Origin: Octopus vulgaris
Lineage: Eukaryota
Assembly (NCBI GenBank): GCA_951406725.2
Contig: OX597825.1
Coordinates: 6,448,001-6,512,000, forward strand
Direction: 5' to 3'
Length of the DNA stretch: 64,000 bases
Positions within the stretch are counted from its first letter, which is position 1; every line of letters starts with the position of its first letter. Made by a program: the position numbers and the translations under genes. Shown here in pieces: positions 54,849 through 64,000 of the stretch. The notes beneath the pieces are model-generated. The model did not search any database. It had not been told where the DNA came from and saw only the letters and a list, made by a program, of their open reading frames with translations.

Positions 54849-56213
54849 TTTGGGAACAAAATTTATTAAATCTAGGTATGGGGAGGGCTCTAAGAAAATT
54901 CAACCTGGGACAGTTCATGCATTGCTAATGCAGATAAGGTGTGACTGGGATTTAAAACTAAAATAGTTTCTTCAAGGATTTGCTGTGTTCTTAGCACATC
55001 ACCAGAGACACATCTACAGTGCCTCTGGCATTACACACCTTTCAACTTGTAATTTGTATTTTTGTACTATTCCTCAAATTAGTGAGAATTTTGGTAATCA
55101 GATTTCCTGAAACCTGAAATGTGCAAAATAGGAATGGAACAGTTGTTGAGATACAGAGTAGCCCCACCCCCCACCCCACCCCCCAAAAAAAATGGTAAGA
55201 AGGAATACTGGAAGCATATGAATGTCAGAAATTGGTTAAATATTATGAAATGGAAGAAAGAAGAAGAAGGTGTAGGTCAGCACTTGACCTAGTAACATAT
55301 TGGAAAGGAAACCTTTGTGAGAGAGGCAATTGTTGGGTGGATTGTTTGGTATTTGAAGAATTAATTCTCATAAGAGATGATGACAGGAGGAGAAATAAGA
55401 TTAATCAGGTGAACTTGGCAAAATATGTAATGCAACTAGCAAAGGTAGTGGTTGGAGTGCTTGAAGGATCTGAGTGAGAAGATAGAAACAGTCTAAGATG
55501 CATGTGGTTGTAATAGCATAATTGTTGCAGATTCGTATACAGATCCCTTGTGAGAGTTGCACGAGTTTAAAGGGTTCTGACTTTTGATTTTCACTTGTCA
55601 GATTTGTTGGAATTAATCCTTAATGTTCTTTGATGTAAATCAAGAAATGTTATTTGCCCAACACGTATTTTCTTCTTTCTGATACCATTCCGTAATACTT
55701 ATGTTTCGATATTTCTCTTTTTTTCTTTTTTGCCTCTATGATTTACATTCCTGTCATCTTTTAAGGGGCAAGCTGTTTATCAATTCTTTTGAAATGATGA
55801 AAAAAACCCAAAAACAAATAACATTTTATTACTGGAAGATTTGAGAGAAAAGTATGTTTTTTTGTAAGGCAGCTAGTTTTACAATATCGCTTAACAGATC
55901 TTTCATCTTTTTGGTAGTAAGAGGTAAGGGCCCAGAAAGATTGTTATTATTAAAAATCATCCACGACAAGAACCATGATCCATAATCAGGATGAAAACCC
56001 TCGTGATCTAGAAGAAGATTTCGTATTTTGATTGTCAAATTATAGTGTTACTTTTTATCATGGAGATTCCTTGCTATGCATTGCCAAATTTCTCTCCATA
56101 AGAATTATGTTGTAATCCTTTTCCTTGAATCTCTTCATTTCAAAGGAAAATATCCAACAACACAGCAACATATTAAGTCAGGTTCAAAGAATTTACTATT
56201 TGAAAAGAGAATA

Positions 56214-56460
56214 TACTGGAACGGTCTGTTGTTGCTTTCTCCAGGACCATTGGTGCTAATTAATTTTAATATAAATATACTCGCATATATATAAATATAT
56301 AATATATAATATAAATATAAATATATATATAAATATATAATATAAATATACTTGCATATCCAAATTATTATAAAAGTTTTCTGGAATGGTCTGTTGTTGC
56401 TTTCTCTAGGACCATTGGTGCTAATTACTTTTAATATAAATATACTTGCATATCCAAATT
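56214..56460. repeat. Local duplication of an approximately 75-bp segment
   Basis: CTGGAA(C/T)GGTCTGTTGTTGCTTTCTC(C/T)AGGACCATTGGTGCTAATTA occurs twice. Confidence 0.85.
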
Positions 56461-57154
56461 TTTTGATGGCATTTTTTTTTTTAACTTAGTCTTCAAGAAA
56501 TAAAAATTAAACAACAAATAAAGTCCATCTGTTGTATTTCAGGAATTAATATAAAAATAATAATGTAAGACATTTAACAACATCTGAACAGATCTTATCA
56601 AGTCTTTTCAGAACAGCAAAAATGAAGAAAAGCTCTCTCTATAAAAGATGGTACTTTTTCATCATTTGATTTATGCGATGAATATTGTTACAACGTGTAA
56701 TTGGCAATATCTATCTAGATGCTTGAAGTCAATAACAAAGATAGATATCATACATAACTTGAAATGAAGACGAATTGGCTTTGTACAGTTTATTTGTAAG
56801 CAAAGGATCCCGAAGAGAATGAATGAGAATATTAACAAAATACACTACGAGTAAAACTTGAGATGAACAGGTGTTGTATCCTTGGAAGAATCTCAGTTCT
56901 GATTAATATATTGGTTTCTTATTTTGGCCCAAAGTTGGCAATTTCACGGATGGAATGGTTAATACAGTTCTGTATTTAAGAGATGAACAATCAGAAGGGT
57001 GGAAAGTAAAGTTGGCCTCAGCAGGATTAAAACTGAGGAATTAAAAGAGACATAACTAACATCTGCAAGCATTTGTACAACACTCTGAGGATTATGTTTA
57101 ATGAGACAGGGTTGATGTATCTACTCTGACATCCTAAAGAAGGGAAATCTCACC

Positions 57155-58525
57155 TCAAATCTTACCATCTTTGGCCTTGCCCTACACCAAGGATCCACCA
57201 ACTCTAGACTCCACCTGGAACAGCATTACATTTTCACTCTGCATACCCAAACTCCTTTCAGACTCAACACAACCCCTTCCTCTCAGTGTCTTTCCCCACA
57301 CACCCATTTTTAAAACACATTTTACTCAATCTTTTTATCCTTTTTTATTCATTTTTTATTTGTTTATTTATTATTATTATTATTTTTTTATAATTTTTAA
57401 AATAATTTTTTAACAATTTAATAATTAAAAAAAATTTTTAATAATTGTTTAATAATTTTTATTTCTGTTACTAATCTTATTTTCTTAACCAAATTTCTTT
57501 CTGTTTCTGATTTATTCACTAAATTCTTTTAATTTTTTTCATTATTACTAATTTTTATTTTTCATTTGTCATTATTTTTCATTATTTATTCATTAATTTT
57601 ATTATGCGTTATTTGTATTATTTTTATTTTTTGTAAATTTTATTTTTCACTATTTCTTTCTATCATTTCTTGTTTTTTATATTCCTATGATACACACCAC
57701 ACATGCACACCCATGTACATGCACACCCACTCATGCACACATACACACGCACTCTCACATGTGCACACACACACATGTGCATACACACATGCCCGCACAC
57801 ATAATACCTACAGCCTTAGCTACACCAATGCACCCACACACACCTCTTCCACGTGCACACACACCCACATGCACACATGTACACACACACCATGTACCCA
57901 CCCATGCATGCACACCTGCATGAGCAAACACACCCACATGCACACCCACACATGCACACATACACATGCACTCTCACATGTGCACCCACACATGTGCATA
58001 CATACATGCCCGCACACATAATACCCACAGCCTTGGCTACACCAATGCACCCCCACACACACCTTCTCACCCCTTTACAGCCACACCCACTCATTCTCAC
58101 ACCCTCTTCTGACTGCCACTATTGACCCTTCCATCTATACACACATGCAAACATACACATACATACACTTCCACATCTACCTATTCACACACCTGTCATT
58201 ATAGCTGCTGATCTCTCAAAGTGACATTAGCACACATACACACATCCTACCACACACACACACACAGACTACACACACAAACATAAACACAGTTAATACC
58301 AAACACACACACATACACATACACATGCAATTACTACCACACACACCCTACCATATATACAAACACTACCATACACACCACATGCTACCACACATACGCA
58401 CACACCCTACCACATATACACACACAGATAAACTATGCACATAGACACAAACACACACACACAGTTAATACCAGATGAACTTGGTACTTAAGTTGAGGCA
58501 CCAAAATTTAGTACAGTATTACCCA
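57155..58525 (+). mobile_element. PLE 3' remnant (Neptune-like GIY-YIG C-terminus) with low-complexity tail
   Basis: SNLTIFGLALHQGSTNSRLHLEQHYIFTLHTQTPFRLN at 57155-57268; decayed hammerhead-like aatac-CAGATGA...GTA-ca-gtatt at 58467-58520 may belong to a separate element. Confidence 0.6.
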
Positions 58526-58745
58526 TACAATTTCAAAGTAAGGTGATTAGAATCAAAATAAGCAACAAGGATATCCAGAGGTAATGCAGTACGACCGTTT
58601 CATGCAACTCCATTTAATTAAACATTATACCTAAAATCTCCAAGAAGCTAAGGAGATAGACAAAGAACATGCTGTCTCAACTCCAATTTAGAAATTATAC
58701 TAATATGTCCATCTGTTCTAATTTAAGTTAAATTCCATGTCTTTG

Positions 58746-58832
58746 TGCAGCTGAAGATTACTCTGCATTTGAAATTGATGTAATGATTGCATTGTTCAAT
58801 TAAATGGAGTTGCAGGAAACGATCGTACTGCA
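58746..58832 (+). ncRNA. Type I hammerhead-like motif with intact core
   Basis: tgcag-CTGAAGA-...-GAAACGATCGTA-ctgca; palindromic ACGATCGT. Confidence 0.75.
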
Positions 58833-58861
58833 TTACCTCTGAATATCCTTGTTGCTTATTT

Positions 58862-58944
<83 letters not shown>

Positions 58945-58945
<1 letters not shown>

Positions 58946-59085
58946 CAGGCTTCTTACCGCTTCCATTGACCAAATCCACTCACATGGGTTTGGTCAGCCT
59001 GGGCAGATGTTTGCTGAAGATGCCATGTAGTGGAACTGAACCGGAAGCCCTGTAATTGTAATGTAGACTTCTCAACCACGCAGCT
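58945..59085 (-). mobile_element. SINE family B head (diverged)
   Basis: Similarity to the other copies. Confidence 0.65.
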
Positions 59086-59649
59086 ATATATATATAATTC
59101 CATATTTTTGATATCCATTGTCCAATATTGTCATATAATTCCTTATCTTCTAAAACAATATTTATACCGTATAATATTTCCACATATTCTCTATCATTCA
59201 TTATCTATCATAAACACTTTGCTTTATGTTTTCATACCTCATAAATAATATACATTCATTTGCTACTTAATATTCTCATATCTTAAGTAAATTATTTGTT
59301 TTGATAAAGGTACGCAGCACATTTAACATTTTGTGCTTAATTAACAAAATTAACCACAGAAAATCAATTCCCATCTTGATGATCAAGTACTCTTTAAATA
59401 CCTTCTTACTTTCCTCGCAGCACCAATTAAACTTATTTGTGCTTAATGAAACAGCAGTTTTAGATGGCTAATTACTAATTGCTGATGATTCTATTGTCTC
59501 TGAATTTGCTGAGAACTTTAATAGAATCACTTGTACTCAAATGGGCTTCCCTAATTATGCTTCTTCATGAGACACATCAAGACAATATCACATTTCCTAA
59601 TAGCAGGCATTCTCATATTATGCTGTCACTTTATATAGAGATCTGCATA

Positions 59650-60436
59650 TATATATGTGTGTATATATATATATAAGTATGTATGTATGTATGTATGTAT
59701 GTATGTATGTATGTATGTATATATATATATATATATGGGAGTTACAATCTTTTGTCTGTCACTTATGTTTCAAACTTTAAAGACGTGCAGTAGGACTGAA
59801 TTCTTATGTAAGAGGTCACAGACGAAATATCAGAAATGCCATTGGCAATGAGGAAGATCAGAGAGATGGGAAAGCGTCTGAAGGTTGAGCTATCACACTA
59901 CCCCACCACGCACGTAATATATACATATATACATAGATATATATATAGTTATACACACACACACACACATACATACATACATACATACATACATACATAC
60001 ATACATACATACATACATACATACATACATACATACATACATACACACATACATACATACATACATACATACATACACACACATACATACATACATACAT
60101 ACATACACACATACATACATACACACATACATACATACATACACACATACATACATACACACATACATACATACATACATACATACATACATACATACAT
60201 ACATGCATGCATACATACATACATACATACATACATACATACATACATACATACATACATACATACATACATACATACATACATACATACATGCGTGCAT
60301 ACATACATACATACATGCATGCATACACACATACGTACATACATACATACATACATATATATATATATTTATATATTTGTAAATATATTAACCTTTAATT
60401 GAACTATATACATATATATATATACATAATACATAC

Positions 60437-60467
<31 letters not shown>

Positions 60468-60468
60468 A

Positions 60469-60510
<42 letters not shown>
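59650..60510. repeat. (TATG)n/(CATA)n/(TA)n microsatellite tract
   Basis: Directly visible. Confidence 0.95.
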
Positions 60511-60513
<3 letters not shown>

Positions 60514-62232
60514 ATCTATATATGTAGTATATCAGTGCCCCATGTTTTGGCTTAACACCACGATATATAATGTAACAGACAATTGATTAACTATACCTCT
60601 CATAATGTTCAAGAAAACAAAGAGTTCTCTGTTGTGATTTAACCATTGAGTTTTTCCAATCTTAAAATAACCAATATTTACAGGAGAAATTGATGTCAAG
60701 TTAAAACCGAATTTATTGGTTTTTTATTCGCCTTAATGACAGAGATGGTTTTAAAGCTCTAAACGTCTCCATTTTATTCCTGAAATTTCTTTAGCCACAC
60801 TTTTTATATCAACTATCTCCACTTAATATTTAGGAGATATTCCAGTAACCGTCTGTGCTATTAGTAGTGCTAGCAATTTACTTAAAGTACTTCGTTGTTC
60901 TTGTTATTATTATTATTGTTATTATCTAACTTGTCACTATTGTCATACAGTAATGAAGTGGTTAAGGTTTGACTTAATTTCCAAATTTTAAAAATTAATT
61001 TTTCTTTCATTTACTCAAGCAAAACTTTCTCAATCTGTTGTTTTGAGGAATTTTATTCTCTTATATTCTTCCGATGGCCAGTCACATCTGCTATCACTGA
61101 ACATCTTAATAATATTGTTTTCTTTCGCTGTTCTAGCAGAGATAAAACTTTCATTCATCTACAGGTAGCTCTATAGGTGACAAATAATCAGATATTATCA
61201 AACTACAATAAAAGATAATTGTTAATAAAGACTGCATTAGTTAGATGGCGGGGGTGGTGGTCGATGAAGGTATTTACCAAAGGTTTTGCCACTAAGAAAA
61301 TCTTGGATTATTGAAAACATAATTCCTTTTTATAAGGTAAGATGTCTGTCTCTGGGTGTATAACTGACTGAAAGCTGCCTACTACTACTACTACTGCTAC
61401 TACTACAACTACTACTACTACTGCTACTGCTGCTGCTGCTGCTGCTGTAATGGCAGAAAAATTCTTTATTTAAGCACCAGCACTCAATGGTGACATGGCT
61501 CAGAAGTAAACCAAACAAACTTGATTCTTCATATTGTATAAAATTATTTTATTTTGGAAAATTAGAAAGTGAGATATGTATTACCACAAAAGGTAATAAA
61601 AGCTACAACAGTGGGGGTGGTGTGTGTGGGGGACACAAAACATTTTCAAAAGAATTTCCTGAGCATGACATTTTCGGCAAAACATTTTCTATGTCTAATG
61701 GAAGAAACTTAAAAAAACTTGCATGAAAAATTACTCTGAAACAGGTGCAAAAATCATCATTTTATTCATTTAATTAATTTTTTCCCCCCTAATCAACTAA
61801 CGATCATTCTTCCACATCAACGATGTTCTGTTCTTTCAACTATGAATGAGACTCTCTGAAAAGTTATCAGAGCATGAAAACTGTATTCGTTACAAGCTTT
61901 GGGTCAATCGGTGGACGTTGCTGTTATTGGAATTAAAACTGTTGAATAAATTTTCTGTTGATGTCTTTTTCATTCAATGTATTCCAAACCCCAGAAATAG
62001 TTGAAAAAAAAATGTTAAAACATGCATTGAATATTATTCTTTCTTACAAAGTGAAGATAGAAATTTCTTTAGTATTTTGGAAGTGATTGGTTATCACAGT
62101 AGATGAGTTCGTTTATATTGTGCTGACCAAGTTAAAAAGATTATTCTAACAGAGTGTGCATATGCAAAACATCACACCATAACTTTGGATGCAATTATTC
62201 TGCATTAGAATGACATGCTTATCTTAATATCT

Positions 62233-62284
62233 TAGTGTTTAAGAGCACTAACCCCAAGATTCTGAGTTCGATTCCAGGCAGTGA

Positions 62285-62354
<70 letters not shown>

Positions 62355-62365
62355 CATCATCATAA

Positions 62366-62421
<56 letters not shown>

Positions 62422-62600
62422 ATAACAACAACAACATCAAAAATACCTTAGGAATGAGAAACGAGGTTTGAAATTTCCCCAAGACACCTAATGAAGGCTG
62501 GAGGATAAATCAGCCAAAACATGTTAACAACAAACAAGATGAGGACAAATATCCGTCAAATGTAAATAATGTAAATAATATAGAATAATAATAATGTAAA
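62233..62600 (+). mobile_element. Second tRNA-headed, hammerhead-tailed SINE copy, core mutated
   Basis: B box GAGTTCGATTCC, GTGACC, (AAT)n/(AGT)n spacer, gacac-CTAATGA-A-ggctg...cagcc-AAAAC. Confidence 0.75.
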
Positions 62601-63531
62601 TAATATACTGTTACTAACCAATGAACACTTAACTATTTTGATAATAATCAGAATATGGGTATTGATGTGACTAAATTAATTCTTGATGGGGAAAGCATTT
62701 CAATATTCCATGTTCTGCTGATCATGGTGGACAAAGCCATGATAAGAGGAGCAACTTGTCTGTTACCGTAATGTTTGGCAAGTAATTTAAAGCCAGTATA
62801 ATCCATTGACTGCATTTTCCCTTTCTACTTGTCATTAACTTATATAAAGTTAGTGCAGCTGAATATTAGATTAAAGCTCCTACCTGCATTGGACGAAAAT
62901 CTCCAAGCACTTTGCAGCTCTTGTTCGTAGCCTTCAAAAGCAATTACGTCCTTGCTTACATTAAATCTAAGACTGGCAATGATTATAAACATAAAGTTAT
63001 TTACATTCCATTGAGTGCATTATTATGATATCAATTTTGATCAAAATTGATTAATTCATTATTGTAATATTACAATAATCAGTTCAACCCAGAAATGTTA
63101 CAAATGATGTGGAAGAAAGGAATTTGAAATCTTTATTAGATGACTTAAATACTGAATGTTAATAATGGGACAGCCATCTTAATTATTGCTGGAGAATAAT
63201 TGGAAGCCTAAATGAATTTTCTAATAAGGACACAAGTTGTTTGGTGAAAACGGGGAACGAGTGCTTACGTGTATTCTGTCATGAAATAGAGGTTTATTGT
63301 TGAAGAATTTTATGCCATATTTGTATCACTCATTTCAAAGATCTCAAGACTCTTCAATAATTTGAATTTATTTGGAAACATTCTAAAGTAGAAAATGGTC
63401 AGATTGAACTCAATGTTAAGCAAATGTGTGGAATACCTTAATATGTAACAATATTATAATATAGTATAATATAAACAATATATGATATCAATATATCAGC
63501 AAAGAATAAAGATCTGTGAAATATATATTGA

Positions 63532-64000
63532 TCATCATCATCATCATCGTTTAACGTCCGCTTTCCATGCTAGCATGGGTTGGACGATTTTGACTGAGGG
63601 TTGGCGAACCAGATGGCTGCACCAGGCTCCAATCTTGATCTGGCAGAGTTTCTACAGCTGGATGCCCTTCCTAACGCCAACCATTCCGAGAGTGTTGTAG
63701 GTGCTTTTTACGTGCCACTGGCACGGGGGCCAGTCAGGCAGTACTGGCAATGACCTCTTTCGAATCTTTTTACACATGCCACCGGCACAGGTGCCAGTAA
63801 AGTGGCGCTGGTAACGATCACGCTCGAATGGTGCCCTTTTACGTGCTACCAGCACAGAAGCCAGTTGGCTGCTCTCGCAAAGATCATGCTTGGATGGTGC
63901 TCTTGGCATTCTATTAGCATGGGCACAATTGCCAGTAAGGTGACGTTGGTAATGATCACACACGAATGGTGCCTTTTATGTGCCACTTGCATGGAAACCA
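63532..64000 (-). mobile_element. RTE-tail-type retroposon with internal tandem repeats, cut by the window end
   Basis: (GAT)n tail on the minus strand, GGTTGGCGTTAGGAAGGGCATCCAGC motif, recurring TTTACGTGCCAC.GGCAC modules. Confidence 0.6.

Noticed and set aside
59735-59835. Minus-strand GAAACATAAGTG with gtctgt/acagac arms as a hammerhead
   Set aside because: No CUGANGA core and no valid NUH triplet

Overview
AT-rich, microsatellite-dense eukaryotic DNA; the repeat repertoire suggests a cephalopod such as Octopus (inference). Most of the window is nested, decayed transposons: three tRNA-derived SINE families, mariner, hAT, Helitron, Penelope-like (PLE) and LINE remnants, MITEs with intact TIRs/TSDs, and a solo LTR. 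Almost all listed ORFs are microsatellite or repeat artefacts. Highlights: (1) about ten minimal hammerhead-ribozyme motifs, intact or decayed, including a SINE that joins a tRNA-like head to a hammerhead tail and shows a PLE-style inverted duplication; (2) a 2-kb, 52-bp satellite built from overlapping kappaB-like, STAT(GAS)-like and ETS-like motifs; (3) three phase-compatible minus-strand exons at 9.6-12.0 kb that may be the 5' end of a host gene; (4) a PLE missing its whole RT core. All structures and translations were read by eye.
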